Assembly (NCBI RefSeq): GCF_018977255.1
Contig: NW_024704751.1
Span: 16,492,001-16,556,000 of the forward strand
Source: Callorhinchus milii
Lineage: Eukaryota
DNA: 64,000 nt
Reading direction: 5' to 3'
The notes beneath the pieces were generated by a model. The model made no database searches, was not told the DNA's origin, and saw only the letters and a program-made list of their open reading frames with translations. A program made the position numbers and the translations under genes. Numbering within the stretch: the first letter of the stretch is position 1; every line of letters starts with the position of its first letter. This document shows positions 50,046 through 61,500 of this stretch, in pieces.

Positions 50046-51132
50046 CGGGGTGTGTGGGGAGGGTGTGGGGTGGGGGGGGGTGTGTGTGGGGAGGGGGGTT
50101 GGGGTGTGGGGGCTGTGTGGGGGGGTGTGTGTGGGGAGGGGCGTTGGGGTGTGTGGGGGATGGTGGGGTGTGTGGGGGAGGGTGGGGTGTGTGTGGGGTG
50201 GGGTATGTGTGGGGTGGGGTGTGTGGGGGTGTGTGTGGGGTGGGGTGTGTGGGGATGGTGGGGTGTGTGTGGGGTGGGGTGTGGGTGTGTGGGGTGGGGT
50301 GTGTGGGGGGTGTGTGTGGGGTGGGGTGTGTGGGGGGTGTGTGTGGGGTGGGTGTGTGGGGGGTGTGTGTGGGGTGGGGTGTGTGGGGGTGTGTGTGGGG
50401 TGGGGTGTGTGGGGATGGTGGGGTGGTGTGGGGTGGGGGTGTGTGGGGGTGGGGTGTGTGTGGGGTGGGGTGTGTGGGGGATGGTGGGGTGTGTGGGGGT
50501 GGGTGTGTGGGGGTGGTGGGGTGGTGGGGGTGGGGGTGTGTGGGGGGGGTGGGGTGTGGTGGGGGGGTGTGTGGGGATGGTGGGGTGTGTGGGGGGGTGG
50601 TGTGGGTGGGGTGTGTGGGGGTGGTGGGGGATGGTGGGGGGTGGTGGGGGGTGGGGTGTGTGGGGGGGTGGTGGGGTGGTGTGTGTGGGGAGGGGTGTGT
50701 GGGGATGGTGGGGTGTGTGTGGGGTGGGGTGTGTGTGGGGAGGGGTGTGTGGGGGATGGTGTGGGGTGTGTGGGGGGGTGAGGGTGTGTGGGGTGGGGTG
50801 TGTGTGGGGAGGGGTGTGTGGGGGGGTGGGTGTGTGTGGGGGGGGTGTGTGGTGGGGTGGGGTGTGTGTGGGGAGGGGTGTGTGGGGGATGGTGGGGTGT
50901 GTGTGGGGTGGGGTGTGGGGGGGTGGTGGTGTGTGTGGGGGGGTTGGGTGTGTGTGGGGAGGGGTGTGTGGGGGATGGTGGGGTGTGTGTGGGGTGGGGG
51001 TGTGTGGGGGGTGGTGGGTGTGTGTGGGGTGGGGTGTGTGTGGGGGATGGGGTGTGTGTGGGGGAGGGTGGGGTGTGTGTGGGGTGGGGTGTGTGTGGGG
51101 TGGGGTGTGTGGGGGATGGTGTGGGGTGTTGG
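50045..51132. repeat. G/T-rich low-complexity tandem array (GGGGT/GTGT), potential G-quadruplex tract
   Basis: About 1.1 kb made almost entirely of G4-5 runs separated by T/GT spacers. Confidence 0.95.
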
Positions 51133-51409
51133 GGACAGACAATTTGGCCATAAATGAAAAAAACCATTTGATTTGAGTCACAATTTTTTTTATTGAGGAA
51201 TCAACCACCTGCAGCTCTCTGCGCTCGACTTTCTGGGCAGGACTCACGCGCTCGGGCCGGCGGACGCTCCCCCTCCGCTGACACTGCACGCACAGCCTGT
51301 CTGCCCGCCGGGCAACGCAGTCTCCGTCTCTGCTCCTCACACATCTGTCCCTGACAAAAGTCTGGGGAAGACCACCGTTCTCATCTTGTGATGTGTCTCT
51401 CCAGCCCGT

Positions 51410-54400
51410 CTAGAGGTCCATGGCTTCTTCTTTAACCGACTTGCCAATCGGGCTCACGTATTTCTCTTGAGCATCCATGGCTCTGGAGGGTTACTAAGGA
51501 AACACACTCTTGCCGAACAACATGTGTAAAAAAAACATGTGCAGCAACAACTTGCATTTATATACCGCCCATCAGGCAGCGTAGCGTCCCAGAGCGCTTG
51601 GCAGTCGAGTACTGTCATCCGCACTAATTGGGAACAGCCTCGCTGTAGATATAAAAACACCGCGGCTTTCAGTTGTGTGTGGATCTCTTTGTCTCACTGT
51701 GCTACTCGAGTAAAGTCACAGCCCAGTCACATTGCTCCCTCTGAGAACGGTGTCATCCGTAAATTCCCACATGTATGCGGATGACACACAAGTCTACTTA
51801 AGAACATAAGTACATAAGAATTAGGAGCAGGAGTAGGCCATTTGGCCCCTCGAGCCTGTCCTGCCATTCGATAAGATCATGGCTGATCTTCTGACCTAAC
51901 TCTGATTACCTGCCCTGTCCCCATATCCCCGAATCCCTCTATTTTTTAAAAAATCTATCAGTCTCAGCCTTGAAGATGTTCAAGAACTGAGGATCTACAG
52001 CCTTCTGGGGGAGTGAATTCCATAGGTTCACTGCCCTCTGAGTGAAGAAATGTTTCCTCAACTCTGTTCTAAAAGGCTGACCCTTAATTTTAAGACTGTG
52101 ACCCCTGGTTATAGATACTCCCACCGGGGAAACAGACCCTCAGTGTCTACTTTATCAGCCCTTTAAGAATCTTACATGTTTCAATAAGATCTCCCCTAAT
52201 TCTTCTGTACTCTAGAGAATACAGCCCCAGTTTATTCCGCCTCTCCTCATAGGTCAGTCCCCTCATCCCAGGAACTAACCGAGTGAATCTACGCTGCACC
52301 CCCTCTAGGCCAAGTATGTCCTTTTTTAAATAAGGAGACCAATACTGCACACAATACTCTCGGTGTGGTCTCACCAAGGTCCTATACAGTTGCAGCAAGA
52401 CTTCCCTGCTCTTATACTCTTCTTTGCCTCCTCCAGCTGTGACTCCAGGTCCCCCGATGTTCTTCTATCAGCTTGTCTAGCAGACATCAGGGCCTGGATG
52501 AGTGCGAACTTCCTGCAGCTGAATGTGGGCAAGAGGTAAGACATATTCCTTGGTTCCCATCAACTTCATCACTCCTGCGAATCTGACCTCCTAAACCTCC
52601 CCAGTCTCTCCCTCAGACTCACCGAACCAGTGCACAATCTAAGCGTCGGGTTCGACCCCCAACTGTCCTTCCCTCCCGACACCCGGTCCCTGACGAGGAC
52701 CGCCTTCCTCCACCTCTGCCACGTTGCCCGCCTCCAAGTGTACCTTAACCCAAATGCAACCGAAGGCCTCCTGCATGTGTTTGTCACCTCCTGCTTGGAT
52801 TACTCAAACGCACTCCTCGCCGGTCTCACAAGCTTCACTATTCAAAAAATCCAGTTCATTCAGAACTCTGCTGCCTGCATACTGACTCGTACCAAATTTC
52901 ATATCCCCACCTCACCAGTTCTGGCCAGGCTCCACTGGCTCCACATCACCAAACGGATCGACTTCAAGATCTTCACACTCATGTTGAAATCCATTTACTC
53001 CCTGACAGCTCCCTACCTCTCCGATCTCCTCACTCCCCAGTCCACCACCCGGTGCCCCCGCTCGACTGGCACTGGCCAACTGCTTGTCCCTTAGGCACTC
53101 CGCTCCAATCATTGGAGGTCGCGCATTCTGCCACTATGTCCCGAAACTTTGGAACACTCTCCTTCAATCCCTCTGCCTTGCCTCCTCTCTCTCCCCTTTC
53201 CAAGTTTCCTTTTCAACTACCCTGTGTGGAGGGCACTATATAAGTGCAAGTTGTTGTTCTTGTTGCACACATGGACACACTAAAATACCTCCTGACAGCT
53301 CAGCCTGACTTCACTTTTAATTCCAAGCCCTAAATGTGGATAAATAGTGTGTGAAGAGTAAAAGTATGTACAAAGATCAAACTGATTGAGCCCTAGACCC
53401 AAGGTGCCAAGTTTGATGATAGCTTTAACCATGGGGGGGAGGGGGGCCTCTAATGTAGGGATTATTCCCAATAGAGTTGTACATGGTACATCTCAGAAAG
53501 AGGCCATTTGGCCCATCCAGTCTGGCTGTTCAAACTTCAAATACGTCTTATTCAATGCTTAGCTACAAAGCCTTCCACGGTTAAAGAGCTCAGACACCAG
53601 TGTCCCAATTCACGTGAAGACTGACCAATTCCCCCTCCCACTGAGCACCACTATCCACGATAGGTAAGAAAGTGGGAGAAATCGAGGACTCGCTGAACTG
53701 CTGATCCCAAACAGGTGGTCACAACTGAAGGATACGCTGCGAACTGAAAATCTCCGCCTACTGCTACTGACATCATGGCCTCCAGGCTCTGCTGTTCCTC
53801 TTTCCCAAAACAGTAGCCATTCGCTTTGTCCACTGCCCGCATCACATGCTTCATGCTTTCCTTATCCTGTCAGGAAGATCAGTGCAAACTCTGTCGAATG
53901 TCATCCAGCACATACACTGCGACCCCTGGCCTTGTAGTGTGAATTCCACAACAATAATAATCCTTGCATTTGATAGAGCGCCTTATCACGTCATTTTGAG
54001 ACATTTCACAGCGCTTCACAGAATATACTGTAAAGTGAATTGACTGTGTATTTTGTGGCCAAAACAATCCCACCACATGCATCCCGCAAACCTCGCTGCA
54101 GTATGTACACCCGTACTCACGCACCCCTCCCCCCGACTGAATTAATTGTTTGATTATATTTTCAGTATTTTACCCTCAGCTGGTGTGAGCTCTCACCTGC
54201 ACATTTAGGGGTAGAAATGAGACCAGGCCATAATCTTCGATCACCTCCACCAGTTTGCTGTTTAACTGTCTGAAGTTTTTGAAGAAGGGGTCGCTGGCCA
54301 AGTGATCCAACAAGTAGGAGAGGTCCAGCACCTCAGTGTAATAATCCAGATTAAAAGCTAAAAAAAAAGTCAAAATAAACCTCATTACCCACTTCACAGG

Positions 54401-55832
54401 CCATTTCTCTGCTCTTAGTTGAGCAGTGGATGTCTGGTAGGAGGAAATGTGACTTAGACATGAACAACAAGGACATTCTAAAGAAAATCGAATGAACTTT
54501 GCTCCTAAATTTCTAAAATTGGAGCAACCAAACACCTGAATGTTTTGTGGATGCCCCATGTTATAACAGAGGAAAATATCCATGTTTGCACTTTCCCACA
54601 TCCTAATCATAACAGGAGGAATGATGGCAGTTGACACAAAGAACTGTCTCTCCACAACGCCTTTCCTTTACTTATTGGATGTCCCATAGCTTACCCAGCT
54701 TCCCAAACTGTTCAATGAGATCCATTTTGGACAGGATATTGATGTGTGGCAGCTCCACATTCAGCATAGTCGCCAGTGATGTGCAGAGTATTGAGATGAA
54801 CTTCGAAGCATCAGTGCAGTAATGCGAGTCAACCAGGTGAACAGCAGCTAACTAGGGAGCAACATACACAGATGGTTATAGAGTGAGTGACAGAGAGAGA
54901 TAATAGTAATAATCCTTGCATTTGATGTAGCCCCTTATCGCATTGTTGAGACATCACAAAGTGCATCACAGAATATGTTGTAAAGTGGATTGACGGTGTA
55001 TTTTGTGGGCGAAACGCAGCAACCAATTGCGAACAGCAGCGACCCCACAAACAGTTGTAGATTGAGTGACCACTTTTTTTTAGGAGAGTGATTATTACTT
55101 CCGAAAAGCAATCTGCCAATCACTAACAACCGGGTTCCTACTTTCTGCTAGGTAAATAGAGGCGTGCGGAGTGAGGAAAACTTGCCTAAGGTTTCTCCCC
55201 GCCCCGGGAATGAAACCCGGGTCCTCTCACTTGCAGGGCAAGTACTCTAACCACAGGAAGCCACCAATACGCTACAGATGGTAGACAGAGGTCAGAGTCT
55301 GGTTACACGGTAACTAATGAGGGACAGAGAGGGAGACAGTAACTGGAGAGTTACTGACAGAGAGAAAGTCTTCAATTATTGTTCAATTATTAGCAGCTGA
55401 ACATGAACTCACTCTGAAATTCCACTTCGTTAATTGTGCAACCATATTCTTGACCGAGGAATGATGCGTGTAGAGCTCCACCTGACCCGGGCAGTCAAAG
55501 AGGAAGTAATGATCTTTATATTGTTCCAGTTTCTCCTGCAGCCAATCGAAGTTTGCCTCCAGGTATTCCATGCAGTAAATCAGACCCCCATTAGGTCCCA
55601 ATTTCAGATTGTCCATCACATCGTCCAGAGTCACCAACTCAGCAATGTCCACGCTGCACTGATAGGGGATTCTGTCATTGGCCGGGTCCAGGTTCACCAC
55701 TGCTACCTTGCGGCCCATCTTAGAGAGAAACTCCTGCATCCCCGAGCAGTAAGTGGTCTTCCCTGAGCCTGGTGGGCCGATGACCACCTGGCCAAAGGCC
55801 AGGCCAGGAGCCCTGGGCTCCACAGACACCAT
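51410..55832 (-). CDS. GPN2: GPN-loop GTPase 2 (313 aa)
   Basis: Exons 55832-55413, 54851-54695, 54357-54197, 53866-53736, 51482-51410. P-loop [42 protein letters not shown]-terminal QEKY...EEAMDL*. AATAAA at 51194-51189. Confidence 0.95.
51800..52420 (-). mobile_element. CR1-like LINE 3' fragment
   Basis: [57 protein letters not shown] and an (TTCTTA)-like tail are typical of the CR1 ORF2 C-terminus. Confidence 0.88.
52425..53265 (+). mobile_element. L2-like LINE ORF2 3' fragment
   Basis: [16 protein letters not shown]...[10 protein letters not shown]...PVLARLHWL...RIDFKI...APYLSDLL, ending in a ...tataagtgcaagttgttgtt tail. Confidence 0.85.
54900..55258 (-). mobile_element. tRNA-derived SINE, longer subfamily
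   Basis: Homologous to the 28305 copy. Confidence 0.78.
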
Positions 55833-55934
55833 GACACAACAACGCTAGTAACTCATCGCCAACAGCACAGCACTGACCTGAGGGGCAGAGAGAGAGAGAG
55901 AGAGATCAGACGCGTACTCCGGCTCACACTGAAC

Positions 55935-56170
55935 CCCTGGCTACCGGGCCACACCCGGCCCGCGGGCCACACCCGGCCCCCGGCCACACTGAGCCCCGGC
56001 CCCGGCCCCTGGGCCACACTGACCCCCCCCGGCCCGCGGGCCACACTGACCCCCCCCCCGGCCCCTGGCCACACTGACCCCCCCCCGGCCCCTGGGCCAC
56101 ACTGACCCCCCCCGGCCCCTGGGCCACACTGACCCCCCCCCCGGCCCTGGGCCACACTGACCCCCCCCCC
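55935..56170. repeat. GC-rich minisatellite (about 25-29 bp, GGCCACACTGACCCCCCCCGGCCCCTG) in the GPN2 5'-UTR intron
   Basis: About 9 imperfect tandem copies. Confidence 0.9.
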
Positions 56171-56369
56171 CCGGCTCCCGGATCACGCTGAGCCCTCGGG
56201 CCGCCTGAACCACCACCACCACCACCACCAGCGGCGGCGGCATCAGGAGCTCGAGCCCCCGACCGATCCCCCCTCCCGGACCCCCGGGTAGAGAGAGAGA
56301 GAGAGGGAGAGCGCGCGCGTGTGTGTGTGTGTGTGTCTCCCTCTCTGCCGCTTCACGGGCGATCAACAC

Positions 56370-56460
56370 CTACCGGACGGCGCGGCTCCGCCAACCCGCT
56401 GTAGGCCCGAGGCTGCCCGGGGCGCACTGAGCATGCGCGGCGCCGCCCCCTCAGCCCCCC
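56370..56460 (-). promoter_or_regulatory. GPN2 CpG-island promoter and non-coding first exon
   Basis: Minus-strand donor CCG|GTAGGT near 56372, acceptor at 55878, NRF1-like GCATGCGC near 56432. Confidence 0.55.
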
Positions 56461-56549
56461 CCCCGCCTCCTCCTCCCCTTCTTGTTGTTGTTGTTTGTTT
56501 GTTTGTTTGTTCTGTAAAAAGTTAACTGTAATTTCTTCCTTTTTTTTGT

Positions 56550-56915
56550 GTGTGGTGGTGGGGGTGGGGGGGGGGGGGAGTGGGGTGGGTGGGGGTGGGT
56601 GGGCGGGGGTGGGCGGGGAGTGGGCTGGGAGTGGGGGTGGGCGGGGGTGTGGGGGTGGTGGGTGGGCGGGGAGTGGGGTGGTGGGAGTGGGGGTGGGCGG
56701 GGAGTGGGGTGGGCGGGGAGTGGGCGGGGGTGGGGGGTGGGCGGGGAGTGGGGTGGTGGGTGGGCGGGGAGTGGGGGTGGTGGGAGTGGGGGTGGTGGGT
56801 GGGGTGGGGGGAGTGGGGTGGGCGGGGAGTGGGCTGGGGTGGGGGGTGGCGGGGAGTGGGGGTGGTGGGTGGGCGGGGAGTGGGGGTGGGTGTGGGGTGG
56901 TGGGTGGGGTGGGGT
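56550..56915. repeat. G-rich tandem repeat (GGGTGGGCGGGGAGT-like units)
   Basis: Repeated GGGCGGGG GC-box cores upstream of GPN2. Confidence 0.9.
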
Positions 56916-57438
56916 GTCAGAGACTTGTGTCAAGACACGTGCGGGACCCGCCCGCCCACCTCCGCCGTGGCTCAAGGCGTCCCCCACCCACACCGGGAAA
57001 CTCCGGAGAGGTTCTCGGAGGGGAATGTGCGCTCTCTTCTCTCTCTCTCTCTCCCCCCCCCCCGGGGGAGAGGCGTCCTGCTTAGTTAGTTCCGGAAAGT
57101 ATGAGGCGCAAGGTTGGCAAGAGCCGAGAATCTTGGGGGGGTGGGTGGGGTGGTTAGGGTGGGGGGGGGGGGGAGCGTCGGGAGCAACTTCTGGGAGTCT
57201 TAACCAACTCACACCGCGAGGCTTGTCGTCGATATCGCTGTCTGGCCAGCCTTCCCGCTGCTTGTCCAGCCAGGACCACCCGACCCGTTAAAGAGCTTTG
57301 GCCTCCAGTGACCGGTCTCTGCCCTTCCACGTCCTGTTGGAAGGGCTGTGCTGTTCATCTGCAGTGCCTTGGGGGTAATTGGTTCAGGCAGCCGCTCTCC
57401 CCTCCTCTTGGAGCATCAGGTCCGGGACAACAGACCTC

Positions 57439-57761
57439 GTGGAGTCCTGTAGCTCAGTGGTTAGAGCACTCGCTTTGCAAGTGAGACACCTGAGTTCAAT
57501 TCCAGGCAGAGGGCGAAACCTTGGGCAAGTTTCCTTACTCCACACAGAGCCTAATAATAATCCCTCCCAAGCCAAAAGCAATAATAAAAATTGGTCATTT
57601 TCAATCTACGACTGTTTGCGGGACATTGCTGTGCGCAATTGGCTGCCGCGTTTGCCCACAAATATAGTCAATTCACTTTACAGTGTGTTCTGTGAAGCGC
57701 TTTGGGACGTCCTCCCTAAGTGAAAAGTGCTATATCAAATGCAAGGATTATTATTATTATT
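57439..57761 (+). mobile_element. tRNA(Ala)-derived SINE, full-length copy
   Basis: Same head, body and (TTA)n tail as the 44501 copy. Confidence 0.9.
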
Positions 57762-58557
57762 AACAGGTGATCACAGGCTGTCCTGTGCTCACAAATGCAC
57801 TGGAACACTACCGTGTGACGCGGGGTGGGGGCCTATGGTCTGCTTTGGCTTCAGGTGAACACGCCTGAAGGCATCAGAATCAGTTGGGAGCTGTGCATTG
57901 ACGCGAAGGATCCAGCTATCCCACGGTCCCCCGATAATTAAATAAATACACTATTCCGCAAGTTTATACAAATTGTTTTTTTCATGTACAGCAAAAAATT
58001 ACACGTCCTTAAACAATCAGTGTTGCTGCCAGTTTACTGTTCTCCAAATAGAAAGAGTGTCATTCAGTCTTAAATAGATATCAGCATTCCGATGAGTAGA
58101 TGTGTAGTGTCTCCAGGTTGAGCACAAAGCCATCCCAGGGTCAAATTCTGGTCTGTGCAGAGGAACTGTTCTGAAACAGGGCAGGAGTCAGGCCGAGCTA
58201 GTGAGAGGTCAAATTAGCAAGGATTCCCACTCCTGATCACTGGACTCCCTCACTCCAGGTGCAGGTACACATCAGGTGGAGAACAGAATCATCGGCATGA
58301 TGCCCCCATGAACTAATAGAATTCAATCTTCATGGTCAAGACACAGACATGAAAATTTTTTCCAGGGTGCCAGAGGCACTGGTACCCACAGAATGTACCT
58401 CCAGTGTATAAAAAAATTAGAAACGTGTTTGGGGGAGAAAGTTGTAACAGAACAATTCCAACAAAAAGAGAAGAATTAACAAATCACAAGAATTAAGATT
58501 TTATTTTGAATGACGATTGATCTCTGGTGACGGTGCTGTAGGGCTGGCAGTTTCTCA

Positions 58558-61500
58558 CTACAATGCGACTGAGTGATGTGTGACATGTGAACCCTTTACA
58601 AAGGCAACATCCTCTCTGTATTTCATGCTGGTCACCGGCTGCCTCCGAAGCAACGTGTCGCCCTGATCAATACTCTCAGGCTGGTCGTAAATAGTTGAAA
58701 TTATGTGACTGGTTTCTCTGCGCAGCCTCTTTGCTGGTTGGTATCTCTGGAGTTTTTCTCCGTGGTACCTGTACAACAAACGCAACATTTTCAGTCAAGA
58801 ATAAGTAAAAGCAGAGTTCTCAGTGAGACAGAATTGTGTGGTACAAGGCTTATCCATTGGGATGGACTCTTTTATTTCAGGAATCAGAGTAGAATAAGGT
58901 ATATCGAAGAGGGCTAAGAATCCAGCGCCTATAGAGATGTAGCCTCTCCCAGGCACAACATTCAATACATTGACAGTTTGGAGCATTCAAGAACTACTCA
59001 CATTGTTACAAACATTCTGCCCCTAAATACTCATTCACTGTAATCACCTTGAGTCCCGCTCAGACATTACATACCCCAGTCCACGTTTACACTTTGGATG
59101 CTGTCCATCGTTTTCCAAAGCATCAGCCATCCCTGAGCTACTGGAGCCTAGGCCAAGACCCTCTGTCCATCCCTGTTTTTCCATTTCCTTCCTGCCAAAA
59201 CCCTGGAAAAGAAGGACAGATACTGCAGTGTATGAGTGTCACCGACACAGCCAACTGGTATAAATACTCAGTGTGTGAGACACATTCAGGAACAGTGTAC
59301 ACCCTTACCTTTGTGTATTTTTCAAAGCTCCCAATACGCAAGGTCTGCACAGAGCCAGATTCCAGACCCTCTCTCAAACGCTGCTCCAGCCTCATCTGTA
59401 CATAATCCCGGGAATCTTTATCCCCTCCACCTGTCAAGAGTTTAAAACATTAACTCAAGTATTTGTGTGAACTGACCACAAAATATGGATGGTGTCCATT
59501 GGAATGGAATCTTTCTCAAAAATCAGAGTAGAATATATCATATCAATGAATCCTGCACATTTCCCAGTCTCAACATGTTGACAGTTCAGAAAATTCAAGA
59601 GCTACTCACATTGTCACAGAGCACACAGATGGTACTCTAATCTCCCTCCACACACTCTGCTTTTATATAGGGATTATATTGTAATCCCCCAATTCCCTTA
59701 CAGTTCCGCCTACGTGATCCCTACATAACTGTCACACTCACTGCATCTCCGTTTTGCTAACACAAACTTCATTGATATACAATACAAAAGGATAATTGAT
59801 GTACCAGTAGTGCATCAGTAACACTCAGCCACACAATGAACAAATCACCTTGAAATGCTGGCAAGGCCTAATATTATTGCATTTGATACAGCGCCTTATC
59901 ACGAAATTGAGATGCCTCAAAGCACTTCACAGAAATACTGTAAAGTGGATTGACTCGGTATTTTGTGGGCGAAATGCAGCAGCTAGTTTGCGCGCAGCAA
60001 TCTCTCATATTCAGCTATGAGTAAGTGACCAATTTTATTTGGGGGATTTGTGGACAGGACACTGGGAGAAACTCCCTTCTCTTTTTGAATAGTGTCATGG
60101 AACCTTTAACATCCATCTAAACAGGTAGACGGGACCTTGTTTTAAAAGTCTAATCCAAAGGATGGCACCTTCCAAGAATGCAACACTCCCACAGCTCTGC
60201 ATTGGTGTATCATGTTAGATTAAGTGATTCCAAGTCCCGACATGGGGCTTGAACCCACATCCTTCTGACTCAGAGCGAGAGCACTACCAATGCGCCAGCC
60301 TAATATACATGTGGCTAATTCACGGTATTGCTGGGCTGCGCATAATGCTTTCACCGACCCTCACATAATCAGGCCATCTCTTGACATCCCATAACAAAGG
60401 GGGAAGGAAGGGTGGCTATTATTGAAAAACAGTCACTAATTCCACCCATTCATGCAGACTCAAATGCAACAGGGACTTCACATGCTCATACCTTTGTCAT
60501 AGTAAACGCTCATATCCACATCCCAGTCATCCGCAGTTTCCTCATCGAAATCTGAAAGACAGTGACAGACCGTTAGCGTGACGTCACAGAATATAATAAT
60601 AATAAGGACCCATCACAGAATCCATCCCTCCCTTGAGGTCTGAAAAGCCCTACCTCCTTCTTCCTGCTGCCAATATTGTGCGTCAGTATAAAATACCAAG
60701 CCAGATCCTCCCTTCTCCCACTTGAGTTCAATCTCTTCTTCAAACAAGCGCTCCTTTGTGCGTTCTTGCGTTGTGACATCCTCGTGCAACGCCTCATGCC
60801 TCTCCCACTCCTCGCACGAATCTTCGTCCTGTTGCACCAGTGAACACAATACAAGAGAATCAAACAGCAAGTCAGTGGGATGAACAAAAGATTTTGGAAA
60901 GACCTCCATCCCCTCTGTCTGAATATCATTCCAAATTCCAGAGCACAGAGGTTCCTTCACTCCAATGTCTAGATCAAGTCCCATGGTGTGTATGTAGAAT
61001 CATAGAATGTTCAAAGCACAAGACACAATTCAGCTTCTCATATCTGTGCTACTGCTCGTTCCCCAACTAGTGATATCTACTCTAATCTCTCACCAAACCC
61101 CCATGTTCTACACCTCATTATATCTCTGATCCTCTCCTATCCCCCTCTGCTCAGCTGACAGGCTTACTGCATGTCCCTGCCCCTTCACACCACCACCGTT
61201 GGCCGAACTTTCAGCTTCTACGCCACTATTCTATATGGAACTTGCACCCTCTCTTTCTGTTTTTAATTTCGCCTTGACACCTACCTCTTCGACAGTGCCT
61301 ATGGCTACCTCCACCTTCCCCCTTGCTCAGCGTCCAACCCCATTTTGTAAAGCTCTCCCGAGACATTAATCTACTTGAAGGGCACTGTTTAAATGCAAGT
61401 TATTGTTGTAGTCTGTTTGGTAACATTGCCAAAGTTGGTTTCCTCCCCTTTACTTGGTGTCATCCAGAGGTAGAGCGCTGCTCAATCACACTGTCAAAAG

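Larger units (their letters stand above)
51483..53735 (-). other. U12-type GT-AG intron (last intron of GPN2)
   Basis: 5' end GTATCCTTC. TTTCCTTAGTAAC lies close to the CAG acceptor with no typical polypyrimidine tract. Splicing is in frame. Confidence 0.8.

Noticed and set aside
49711-51340. Long ORFs (356-481 aa) rich in G/V/W/C or P/H/T
   Set aside because: Artefacts of the stop-free G/T repeat. The upstream part of the 481-aa ORF is GPN2 3' UTR, and the ATG near 51421 is the MDL* end of GPN2.
55935-56170. Regularly spaced repeats that superficially resemble a CRISPR array (also 29675-29860)
   Set aside because: Eukaryotic context, no unique spacers and no cas genes; these are minisatellites.
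56451-57291. Pro/His- and Gly/Trp-rich ORFs upstream of GPN2
   Set aside because: Low-complexity G-rich repeat and CpG island, not coding.
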